From positions 150,001-182,000 of the forward strand of contig NZ_CP180230.1 in assembly GCF_047555085.1 (NCBI RefSeq): DNA of 32,000 bases. Reading direction: 5' to 3'. Position 1 is the stretch's first letter, and each line of letters opens with the position of its first letter. A program made the translations under genes and the position numbers. This document shows, in pieces, positions 1-7,907 of this stretch. The DNA is from Candidatus Saccharimonadota bacterium. GTDB taxonomy: Archaea > Nanohalarchaeota > Nanosalinia > Nanosalinales > Nanosalinaceae. A model generated the notes under the pieces. That model searched no databases, had not been told where the DNA came from, and saw nothing but the letters and a program-made list of their open reading frames with translations.

Positions 1-526
1 CACTGGCGGAGGAGCGATGTTCGCGGAGCCGGGAAACGTCATAACGTACTCGATATATATTCCAAAGGATCAGGTTCCTGAAGATGTTGAACAGAGTTAC
101 AGGGAGCTGGATAATTTTGCTGTAGAGGCCTTACAGGATCTTGGTGTGGAGGCGAGTTACAGGCCTCTGAACGATATTGAACATGAGGACGGCAAGCTTG
201 GGGGTGCTGCGCAGTTGAGGAAGAATGATTCTGTGCTGCATCATACTACGATGAGTTATGATCTTGATACGGAGGAGATGCTCCGTGTACTCAGGATTGG
301 AAAGGAGAAGGTTTCAGATAAAGCAGTGAAATCTGCCGAGAAACGTGTATCACGTATCACAGATCACATCGATAGTTCAAGGGAGGAAGTTATCGAGAAG
401 ATTATTGAGAAGTTTGTCGAAGGGAAAGAGTACGAGGAAGGAGGCCTTTCGGAGGATGAGTTAAGCAGGGCGGAGAAACTGGCTGAGGAAAAGTTTTGCT
501 CCAGTGATTGGAACAGGAAACTCTAG
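1..526 (+). CDS. lplA: lipoate-protein ligase A family protein, 5'-truncated by window edge
   Basis: The frame is open from nt 2 (T-G-G-G-A-M-F...), so the GGGA(V/M)(F/Y) adenylate-binding motif sits at the window edge. Downstream, GKLGGAAQLRK resembles the catalytic-lysine K-x-SG-x-AQ segment of the LplA/LipB/BirA-fold ligases. Stop TAG at 524-526. Confidence 0.75.
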   Translation, partial: TGGGAMFAEPGNVITYSIYIPKDQVPEDVEQSYRELDNFAVEALQDLGVEASYRPLNDIEHEDGKLGGAAQLRKNDSVLHHTTMSYDLDTEEMLRVLRIGKEKVSDKAVKSAEKRVSRITDHIDSSREEVIEKIIEKFVEGKEYEEGGLSEDELSRAEKLAEEKFCSSDWNRKL

Positions 527-580
527 GTTATACTCTGGTTTCCGGTTATCATTTAACACTCATTTACATCTTTCCAATGT

Positions 581-1483
581 ATGAGACCGAAGGTAAAAGG
601 ACTTCACCACATCACAATCATCTGCGGAGAACCCGGTAAAAACGCTGATTTCTACATCGATGTACTGGGCATGCGGATGGTGAAAAAAACCGTTAACCAC
701 GACGCACCGGAACTGTACCATTTATTCTACGGAGATGCAGAGGGAACACCGGGATCCAGCGTAACATTCTTCCCGATGATGGCGGACAACCAGGGACAGC
801 CAGGAACAGGCCAGGTGACGGAACTAGGCCTCAGAATCCCGGAAAACTCGCTGAGTTACTGGAAAAACCGTCTACATGAAAACGATGTAACTTACGGAGT
901 CGAAAATTTGAGAGGCCTGGAAACTTTAACTTTTGAAGATCCTGACGGCCTTGACCTCAGATTGATACCGGGCAACGACGGAGATTTCACGCCGTGGAGC
1001 GAAAGCACAGTGCCGGAGGACAAACAGATAAGAGGCATGAAACAGGTAAAAATTGAGGCCTCTCAGCACGATCTTTCAAGACAGCTGCTGGAGTTGATGG
1101 ATCTTGAGAAAGTCGGAGACAGTTTCTTCCGTGCCAGCGACGGCTCCGGTGTACACCTTGTCGAAAGCAATCAACGTGGAAAGATGGGGCGTGGATCCGT
1201 CCATCACATCGCTTTCAAAGTTGAAGACGAGGAGATGCAGGAGGCCTGGAGAGAGGAACTGCAGAACATGGGCATGATGCCTTCGCCGGTGACTGACAGA
1301 AGATACTTCAAATCGTTATACTTCAGGGAGCCTTCCGGAGTGCTGTACGAGTTCGCGACGATGGGGCCTGGATACACGGCTGATGAGGAACTTGAAGAGC
1401 TTGGAGAAAATCTTGTGCTTCCCGACGAACTTGAAGGCAGGAGAAGGGAGATAGAAAACTCTCTACCGGAGTTCGACAGGTGA
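581..1483 (+). CDS. VOC/glyoxalase-family ring-cleaving dioxygenase (MhqO-like)
   Basis: 300-aa ORF. The N-terminus GLHHITIICGEPGKNADFYIDVLGMRMVKKTVNHDAPELYHLFYGD and the second repeat GSVHHIAFKV...YFKSLYFREPSGVLYEF are typical of two-domain vicinal-oxygen-chelate dioxygenases of the MhqO/YfiE type. Confidence 0.7.
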   Translation: MRPKVKGLHHITIICGEPGKNADFYIDVLGMRMVKKTVNHDAPELYHLFYGDAEGTPGSSVTFFPMMADNQGQPGTGQVTELGLRIPENSLSYWKNRLHENDVTYGVENLRGLETLTFEDPDGLDLRLIPGNDGDFTPWSESTVPEDKQIRGMKQVKIEASQHDLSRQLLELMDLEKVGDSFFRASDGSGVHLVESNQRGKMGRGSVHHIAFKVEDEEMQEAWREELQNMGMMPSPVTDRRYFKSLYFREPSGVLYEFATMGPGYTADEELEELGENLVLPDELEGRRREIENSLPEFDR

Positions 1484-1489
1484 AAAACT

Positions 1490-2092
1490 TTGGTACACTC
1501 AGACAGGCCTGTAATCGAGAAAGGAACTATGGAATCCGGAAAAGCTGTGATAATGATACACGGGAGAGGAGCCACTGCACAGAGCATCCTCAACCTTTCC
1601 GAAAAACTTCCAGAGGCCTACTACATGGCACCGCAGGCCTCGAAAAGGGAGTGGTATCCGAGAAGTTTTCTGGAAAAGAGGGAGAAAAATCAGCCGCATC
1701 TCGACTCCGCACTGAAGAAGATCGATGAACTTGTAGAAGAGGCCTCTGAGAAAGTAGGACGGGAAAATGTTTTCCTACTCGGATTCTCGCAGGGAGCATG
1801 TCTCGCATCAGAGTACGCTGCGTCTAATCCCGGAAGATTCGGAGGTGTGATACTTTTCAGCGGAGGCCTGATAGGAGATAAAGTTGAAAGTTTTGAAGGC
1901 GACATGCAGGGGACGAAAGTTTTCATAGGATGCAGCGACAACGATCCGCATATCCCGCTGGAAAGGGTCAACGAGACAGAGGAAGTTTTCCAGCAGCTTG
2001 GAGCTGAAGTGGAAAAATACATCATGGAGGGCTCACACCACGGAATAGTCGAGTACGAGATCGAGAAGGCCTCGGAGATAATCTCTGGGTAA
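1490..2092 (+). CDS. phospholipase/carboxylesterase-family alpha/beta hydrolase (MhqD-like)
   Basis: Has VIMIHGRG (oxyanion region), the GFSQGA nucleophile elbow (G-x-S-x-G), a late D and a HH pair, and is ~200 aa like dienelactone-hydrolase/carboxylesterase family members. The start is uncertain: TTG at 1490 or ATG at 1529. Confidence 0.7.
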   Translation: MVHSDRPVIEKGTMESGKAVIMIHGRGATAQSILNLSEKLPEAYYMAPQASKREWYPRSFLEKREKNQPHLDSALKKIDELVEEASEKVGRENVFLLGFSQGACLASEYAASNPGRFGGVILFSGGLIGDKVESFEGDMQGTKVFIGCSDNDPHIPLERVNETEEVFQQLGAEVEKYIMEGSHHGIVEYEIEKASEIISG

Positions 2093-2225
2093 AAAATTTT
2101 TTCCAGGGTTTATTACTGTACAGGTAATCCGGTTAAATATTTTCGCCGTCAAAGACTTGTACGGAAGCAGGGCCTGAATCTACATATCGAATTTTTCCCA
2201 GGCCTTTTTCTGAGGTGTTTTTCAC

Positions 2226-2456
2226 ATGATAATAATAGATTCAGAGACACGTTACGACGGAGAAAACTACAAGGCGATAGGTGCACACGGCGAAGGCGAC
2301 GAAGAATTTCTGTACTTTGCACAGCCTGTGAAAGATCAGCTTGAAGCACACAGGAATCACGATAAACTGCTGAACGCGTTACTTGACGGCGAAGAAGATG
2401 AAATAGTCAGAGAGGCCTCTCTCGAGCCTTCCTACAGTGAGCCGGATACTTACTGA
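2226..2456 (+). CDS. small acidic hypothetical protein
   Basis: 76-aa ORF with the same acidic composition as its neighbours, flanked by AT-rich intergenic DNA. No recognisable motif. Confidence 0.4.
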   Translation: MIIIDSETRYDGENYKAIGAHGEGDEEFLYFAQPVKDQLEAHRNHDKLLNALLDGEEDEIVREASLEPSYSEPDTY

Positions 2457-2483
2457 AAAATTTTTCTTCCGTAAAAATATTTC

Positions 2484-2933
2484 ATGTCCGGCGTTGTCGA
2501 TAATTTCCTGGCTGAACTTGACTGGCAGGAGGTTGCTAAAGATGAATACCTGTCTTCGGATTCGGAGACTCTTGGTGTGGACTGTCTTGGGACGTGTCTA
2601 GGCCTGGCGGTTCATGATCCGAAGACCGGTACAGGCTATCTTTTGCACGCCTCTACCGTCGGAAACGAAGAGCTTGAAAGCCAGGTACAGGAGTTTGTCG
2701 ATGAACTCGATCAGCTCTCGGAGCCGTACGAGGTTCTTGCTGGAGGAACTATGGCCTCACAGTACAATCCTCTTGATGAAGAAGAGTTCACACATCAGGC
2801 TAGAGAAACTGTAGAAAATGTTCTCGACGACGGTGGTATCAGCTACCAGGCCTCGTGGAATGATCCTCCGGTATACAACAGGATGATTGTATCTCCGGAC
2901 TACGGCATACTTTACGACAGGCCTGAAGTCTAG
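2484..2933 (+). CDS. CheD-like (chemoreceptor glutamine deamidase fold) protein
   Basis: LGTCLGLAVHDPKTGTGYLLHA parallels the CheD core LG(S)C(V)A(V)xxxDPxxxxGxxxH, which carries the catalytic Cys and His. It is followed by AGGTMAS (CheD has AGGA-x-MF) and a C-terminal G-I...D...R-x-h segment. Similarity was judged by eye only. Confidence 0.45.
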   Translation: MSGVVDNFLAELDWQEVAKDEYLSSDSETLGVDCLGTCLGLAVHDPKTGTGYLLHASTVGNEELESQVQEFVDELDQLSEPYEVLAGGTMASQYNPLDEEEFTHQARETVENVLDDGGISYQASWNDPPVYNRMIVSPDYGILYDRPEV

Positions 2934-3448
2934 TACTTCGGATTTTTCTCATCTACATCGTTGAGAAAGTTTTCGTGACGTGCCATGAGGAAGAAAAGAT
3001 CGCTCAAACGATTTATGTATGCCAGGACTTCTTCACGGAGTTCTTCTCTTTCGTCAAGCCTCACTATTTTCCTTTCTGCTCTCCGGGCGACGCTTCGGGC
3101 CTGATGGAGATGAGACGCACTTTTGCATCCTCCTGCCAGTATAAATTTTCTTAGAGGCGGGCATTTGTCCTGGTACCTGTCGCAGAGATCTTCCAGTCTG
3201 TCGATATTTTCCTGTGAAACTTTAACGTCGGGATCCCTGTTCGCAAGTTCGGCCTGGAGAATATGCAGCTCGTTCTGAATTTCCTCCAGTTCATCTTCTT
3301 TCTCCTCTGTGTAGCTGCGGCAGAGGCCTGTCAAAGAGTTCAGTTCGTCGACTGTTCCGTAGGCCTCGATTCTTTCGCTGCTTTTCGATACTCTTTCGCC
3401 GGAACTTAGATCTGTCCGGCCTCTGTCTCCTCTGCCTGTGTATACCAT
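2930..3448 (-). CDS. pduO: ATP:cob(I)alamin adenosyltransferase, PduO/MMAB type
   Basis: The N-terminus MVYTGRGDRGRTDLSSGERVSKSSERIEAYGTVDELNSLTG is the hallmark PduO-type motif (T-x-x-GD-x-G-x-T). The ~170-aa length also fits. Its stop overlaps the stop of the convergent upstream gene (CTAG at 2930-2933). Confidence 0.85.
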   Translation of the reverse strand: MVYTGRGDRGRTDLSSGERVSKSSERIEAYGTVDELNSLTGLCRSYTEEKEDELEEIQNELHILQAELANRDPDVKVSQENIDRLEDLCDRYQDKCPPLRKFILAGGCKSASHLHQARSVARRAERKIVRLDEREELREEVLAYINRLSDLFFLMARHENFLNDVDEKNPKY

Positions 3449-3488
3449 TTGCCCAGTAAATAAAATCGTTGCCAGTCTTAATTAGCTT

Positions 3489-4142
3489 ATGGCAGGCCTG
3501 AAAGAATCGGAGCTTGATGAGCTTAAAAATCGTTTGAGGGAAGAGTTCTTGGATTACTACGAGATGGCTGGAGGGAAAAACTATCGTTTCCATCACCTTG
3601 TCAGAGCTCATAGATACGTCGTGAAACTTATCGAGAGGCCTGAGATCAGGGAACTGGATTTTGATCAGAAAGTTCTAGAAGTTGCAGCGCTTTTCCACGA
3701 TATCGGCAGGAAAGAGGATATCGAGGATGGTTTTCTTGATCCTATCGAGGCCCATGAAGGCCACGATGAGACAGGAGAGGAAATCGTCGACGAATACGTT
3801 GAAGAATTTCTGACGGAGGAACAGTTAGCGGAAGTCAAGGAGATTATCGGGAATCATCACTCGGAGCCGGAAAGAGTTGAAACAAGGATTTTGCAGGATG
3901 CGGACACACTGGGTATTTTCGGCCCGTTGAATATCTGGCGGATGATCCATTATGCATCTGACAATGAGAGGCCTCTTGAAGATACTTTTGAGTATTTCTG
4001 GAGCGAAGGAACTGAGAGAAGGATCAAGAAGATGCAGGAACTGAACTTTGACTGCTCGAAGAGGATCGCCCGGAAAAGAATGAAGGATTTTCAGGAGACA
4101 ATGCAGAGGATCGAGGAAGAACATTTCGGTGAAGACATCTAG
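3489..4142 (+). CDS. HD-domain metal-dependent phosphohydrolase
   Basis: Has H...LFHDIGR (the HD dyad) plus later GNHH and DADTLG motifs typical of the HD superfamily. Confidence 0.75.
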   Translation: MAGLKESELDELKNRLREEFLDYYEMAGGKNYRFHHLVRAHRYVVKLIERPEIRELDFDQKVLEVAALFHDIGRKEDIEDGFLDPIEAHEGHDETGEEIVDEYVEEFLTEEQLAEVKEIIGNHHSEPERVETRILQDADTLGIFGPLNIWRMIHYASDNERPLEDTFEYFWSEGTERRIKKMQELNFDCSKRIARKRMKDFQETMQRIEEEHFGEDI

Positions 4143-4144
4143 AA

Positions 4145-4153
4145 TTTTAAATT
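4145..4153 (+). promoter_or_regulatory. TATA-like box (TTTTAAATT) about 27 nt upstream of the sucC-like GTG start; implies a leaderless mRNA
   Basis: An AT-rich box is centred ~27 nt before the start codon at 4176, with no Shine-Dalgarno sequence between them. The same geometry is seen at 12118-12129 before ATG 12146 and at 13461-13471 before ATG 13494. Confidence 0.35.
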
Positions 4154-4175
4154 CAGAGAACAGAGGTATCAATAC

Positions 4176-5309
4176 GTGAAACTTTACGAACACGAAGCGA
4201 AAAAAATACTTGAAGAGCACGGCCTGGAAACGCCCGGCAAAGGCCTGGAAGAAGACGGTAAACAGTACGTCGTGAAGGCTCAGGTATTCTCCAACAGCAG
4301 GAAGGATAAAGGAGGAATAAAATTTGCTAAAGGGCGTACAGAGGCCGAGGCAGAGAAGCAGGAGATGATAGGAGGCCGTCTTGACTCTGAGGAGATAAAA
4401 AATGTTCTAGTGGAGGAGAAAGTAGACTTCACTGATGAGTACTATGTTTCATTCATGTACGATACAGATACAAGGAATCCTGTCCTGATATTCTCTCCGG
4501 AAGGGGGAACAGGTATAGAGGATCGTGAGGCCTCGAAGCTTTCTTTGAAGGATGATTCTCAGTTCCGTTTCAGGCGTTTCCTAAAGGATCAGGGATTTGA
4601 AGGAAAGGAGATAGTCAGGCTTGCGATGGTTCTTCAGAGTCTTTTCCACGCCTTCCTTGAAGAGGATGCCCGTTTGCTCGAAGTGAATCCTCTGGCGAAG
4701 ACTGAGGACGGTTACGTCGTTCTGGATGCCATGATGGATCTGGAGGACGATGCAGCCTACAGACACGACAGGGACTTCCCTGAGAGAGGTGCTGAAGGCC
4801 AGGAGAAAACTGAAAGAGAGTTAAAGGCCCAGAAGATCGATGAAGATGATCACAGAGGAGTTGCTGGAAAGTACACTGAAATGGATGGAGAAATCGGCAT
4901 GATGCTGGCTGGAGGAGGAGCTTCACTAACGAATATGGATGCATTGATAGAGTACGGCGGCAAGCCAGCGAATTATACCGAGTACGGAGGGAATCCGCCG
5001 ACAGAGAAAGTCTACAGGCTTTCAAAAGTGATAATGTCAAAGCCAAGCCTCAGAGGCCTGTGGCATGTCGGTGGAACGGCGAACAATACGGATGTTGAAA
5101 GAACTATGGATGGTTTCATACAGGCCTTGAGAGAGGAGAAGCCGGATTATCCTATAGTAATCAGGAGGGATGGTCCACATGCGGATGAGGCGTTCGAGAA
5201 GCTGAGAGAGGTCAGGGATGAACTTGATCTGGATATGAAGCTGTTCAGAAACGATAAAGCTATGACTGAGTCGGCTAGAGACTTAATGGAGATGGTGGAT
5301 AGTCGATGA
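4176..5309 (+). CDS. sucC: succinyl-CoA synthetase beta-subunit-like ATP-grasp protein (SucC / citryl-CoA synthetase large-subunit family)
   Basis: MKLYEHEAKKILEEHGLETP and VVKAQV...GGIKFA match the SucC N-terminal ATP-grasp domain. GGGASLTNMDALIEYGGKPANYTEYGGNP matches the SucC C-terminal ligase-CoA motif. GTG start. Confidence 0.8.
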   Translation: MKLYEHEAKKILEEHGLETPGKGLEEDGKQYVVKAQVFSNSRKDKGGIKFAKGRTEAEAEKQEMIGGRLDSEEIKNVLVEEKVDFTDEYYVSFMYDTDTRNPVLIFSPEGGTGIEDREASKLSLKDDSQFRFRRFLKDQGFEGKEIVRLAMVLQSLFHAFLEEDARLLEVNPLAKTEDGYVVLDAMMDLEDDAAYRHDRDFPERGAEGQEKTERELKAQKIDEDDHRGVAGKYTEMDGEIGMMLAGGGASLTNMDALIEYGGKPANYTEYGGNPPTEKVYRLSKVIMSKPSLRGLWHVGGTANNTDVERTMDGFIQALREEKPDYPIVIRRDGPHADEAFEKLREVRDELDLDMKLFRNDKAMTESARDLMEMVDSR

Positions 5310-5956
5310 GTTTGATCCCTGTTTTTGATATAGGAGATACTCTTGTACCTTCGAGAAAGTTTGCTGCACACATAATCGAGGACGAGTTGCGTCAGAGGAA
5401 TCACAGGCCTGTCCACAGTTTTGATCCGGACAAGTTCATGATGTATGATCCGGAGCAGATAAGTCGGTATCTGGAGAAGTACGGAATTGAAGGAGATGCC
5501 GAGAAACTGGCAAATGACTGCCGTGAAAGATACATAGAGGCCTTTGAGGATCTGATGCTGGAGAACGATGTGTTCGATTTCTTCGCTAAATGTAACAGAG
5601 AGTTCGGAACTATAGGTATAGTCAGCGATAACACTTTGAAGGCAAAGGAACTGATGGAAAATCTGCTGAACAAGCATGGAGTCGAGTATGATACTATCGT
5701 TGTATCGGATGAAGTCGGAGTGGAGAAGCCGGATCCCGAGATATTCAAGGCCTTTATCGAGAAACGTGATGAGGAGGCCTCAGAGTTCGTTTACATCGGC
5801 AATGATGCAGAAAGGGATTCTGGCGCAGTTGACGCAGGTATGGAGTTTATCTGGACCACACAGTTCGACAACGTGAACTCAACGTATGAAGGACATGCCA
5901 TAAATGAACTTGATTTCCAGGAGCTTGAGGCTACGATCAGAGAGGTGGAAAAATAG
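5306..5956 (+). CDS. HAD-superfamily hydrolase
   Basis: Motif I is FDIGDTLV (D-x-D/G-x-T), motif II is IVSDN, and motif IV is YIGNDAERD. The start ATG overlaps the sucC-like stop (ATGA at 5306-5309), and its stop abuts the sucD-like ATG at 5957. Confidence 0.7.
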   Translation: MSLIPVFDIGDTLVPSRKFAAHIIEDELRQRNHRPVHSFDPDKFMMYDPEQISRYLEKYGIEGDAEKLANDCRERYIEAFEDLMLENDVFDFFAKCNREFGTIGIVSDNTLKAKELMENLLNKHGVEYDTIVVSDEVGVEKPDPEIFKAFIEKRDEEASEFVYIGNDAERDSGAVDAGMEFIWTTQFDNVNSTYEGHAINELDFQELEATIREVEK

Positions 5957-6853
5957 ATGAGCATATTCGCAGATGAAGACACTAAACTACTAATTCAAGG
6001 GATTACAGGCAGAGCGGCAAGCGAAAAGACACCACACATGATAGATTACGGCACCGATGTCGTTGCAGGTGTGACACCCGGCAAAGGAGGCCAGGAAGTT
6101 GAAGGAGTTCCCGTCTATGACACCGTCCGGGAGGCTGTAGAGGAGCATCCGGAGATCAATACTTCACTCATATATGTTCCTCATTTCGCAGCTAAAGACG
6201 CTATACTCGAGGCCCTGGACTCCGGTGTAAAGAAGATCAATGTCACAACTGAAAGAATCCCTACAAGAGATATGTGGGAAGTACTTGACAGGCTGGAACA
6301 GGAAGACGCTACTCTTGTCGGACCTACAAGCGTAGGAGTCATAAGCCCGGGAAAGGCCAAGATAGGCCCTATAGGAGGAAACAAAGCCGAAGAGGCCTAT
6401 GAAGAAGGCCGTGTGGGGATTATTTCCAAGTCTGGAGGCATGACGACTGAGACAGCTCAAGTCGTCCAGAACGCCGGATTCGGAATATCCACAGCTATGG
6501 ATATCGGAGGAGACAAGATCGCAGGAACAACTTTCGTTGAGGCCCTCCAGATGTTTGAGGAAGACGATCAGACAGATGCTGTCGTCATGTTCGGCGAACT
6601 TGGAGGAACATACGAGAATCAGGTCGCAGAGTTCATGGAGGAGAATCCTGACTTCGATATGCCGGTAGTGGCATTTATCACAGGCGAGTTCACTGAAGAT
6701 ATGCCTACACAGCAGTACGGCCATGCCGGAGCAGTCATCAGAGGCGACAGGGAGAAGCCGTCCTACAAACAGAAGATTCTGAGAGAAGCAGGAGTCCATG
6801 TAGTGGACGTACACCACGAAATCGGCAGTAAACTGGAAGAACTTCTGAAGTGA
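5957..6853 (+). CDS. sucD: succinyl-CoA synthetase alpha-subunit-like protein (SucD / citryl-CoA synthetase small-subunit family)
   Basis: LIQGITGRAASEKTPHMIDYGTDVVAGVTPGKGG is the CoA-binding Rossmann region, SKSGGMTTE is present, and GHAGA is the phosphohistidine loop. Confidence 0.9.
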   Translation: MSIFADEDTKLLIQGITGRAASEKTPHMIDYGTDVVAGVTPGKGGQEVEGVPVYDTVREAVEEHPEINTSLIYVPHFAAKDAILEALDSGVKKINVTTERIPTRDMWEVLDRLEQEDATLVGPTSVGVISPGKAKIGPIGGNKAEEAYEEGRVGIISKSGGMTTETAQVVQNAGFGISTAMDIGGDKIAGTTFVEALQMFEEDDQTDAVVMFGELGGTYENQVAEFMEENPDFDMPVVAFITGEFTEDMPTQQYGHAGAVIRGDREKPSYKQKILREAGVHVVDVHHEIGSKLEELLK

Positions 6854-6874
6854 CAAGAGATAAAATTTTTGAGG

Positions 6875-6892
6875 CCTGAAAACTGTTTCAGG
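6875..6892 (+). promoter_or_regulatory. 7-bp hairpin (CCTGAAA-actg-TTTCAGG) between the sucD-like gene and the first nuclease-like gene
   Basis: Perfect inverted repeat read directly from the sequence. Its 3' arm overlaps the GGAGG Shine-Dalgarno-like element at 6891-6895, which lies 12 nt before GTG 6907. Confidence 0.3.
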
Positions 6893-6906
6893 AGGAAACA
6901 GGAAGA

Positions 6907-7827
6907 GTGGAACAGTTCAGCGTATCAAATCTGGTTGATTACAGATGGATCAGAGATAGAGAGAACTTTGACGATCTGAAAAATTTTCTGGCGCATAATC
7001 TCGCATCTTCAAGCTTCAGAGAAAACAGTCCGACACCAAATTTTTCCAGGATGAGTCAAGATCAGGCCAAAGCAGTCCTGATACATGATTCAGCTCTTGA
7101 ACTGTACAGCGCAGCTGATGAGATGGCCGAAGACATACAGGCCTCTGAGATAAAACAGATTCTTGAATCAAATATTACAGAGGAGACCGGAAGACTGGGA
7201 AGACAGTTCAGAGACTTTGAGGACTCAGGTATATCACGGGAACATGTAAAAAGCGGAAAAATATACGGAAGAAAAGTCGATGATGTTCTTAACAGTATAG
7301 CAGATTTCTACGCAGAATCTCTGCCTCTGGAGGACTTTGAAATACTTCATATAGAAGACGAACTTTCAAACAACAGTTTTACTGGCAGAGCAGATCTTGT
7401 ACGTCGTCTTGATGGAATTACTGAATTAAGAGATGTCAAGACACATTATACAAATGAGCGGCCTATTTTCCCTGTAGATGACTACAAGATATCGGCCTAT
7501 GCTCTGCTTGCTCACGGAGAGGATCTGGAAATCGACAGAGTAGTACTTGAGTATCCTGTGCAGGGACAGCAATACGAGGTAGAGCCTGAGAACTGGCTGG
7601 CCTATATTGCATCGGATGCATCGGAGCTTGAGGCCTTGCTTGAAGATACAAGGCGTTTACAGGCCGATAAACTTGAGGAAGTATATGGGAGGCCTCACCT
7701 GCACTCGGATAGAGAGTACGTTGAAGCTCTTGATGCTGCGGTACACGGCGAGAAAAAGGAGTACGCTAGACGTGCAGCAGAGGAAGTCATAGCAGAAAAC
7801 TTTCCCGAGGCCTCATCTAGATCCTGA
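6907..7827 (+). CDS. PD-(D/E)xK (RecB/Cas4-like fold) nuclease-family protein, paralog A
   Basis: GRADLV (motif II Asp), ELRDVKT (motif III D-x-K) and YKISAYALLA (Q/K-x-x-x-Y helix) occur in canonical order and spacing. The N-terminal SVSNLVDY resembles the Cas4/RecB N-terminus but lacks Cys residues. GTG start with GGAGG upstream. Confidence 0.5.
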   Translation: MEQFSVSNLVDYRWIRDRENFDDLKNFLAHNLASSSFRENSPTPNFSRMSQDQAKAVLIHDSALELYSAADEMAEDIQASEIKQILESNITEETGRLGRQFRDFEDSGISREHVKSGKIYGRKVDDVLNSIADFYAESLPLEDFEILHIEDELSNNSFTGRADLVRRLDGITELRDVKTHYTNERPIFPVDDYKISAYALLAHGEDLEIDRVVLEYPVQGQQYEVEPENWLAYIASDASELEALLEDTRRLQADKLEEVYGRPHLHSDREYVEALDAAVHGEKKEYARRAAEEVIAENFPEASSRS

Positions 7828-7907
7828 TCCATCCTTCTGAACTGGAAAGTAGTTAACGATTAGTGATAAAAGATTTCGAGGCCTGTACATCTCTGGAGGC
7901 GTAAAAT

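Noticed and set aside
2930-2933. Overlapping stop codons (CTAG) of the convergent CheD-like and PduO-type genes.
   Set aside because: This is a real but trivial consequence of tight packing. TAG read on both strands is a palindrome, so no regulatory meaning can be inferred.
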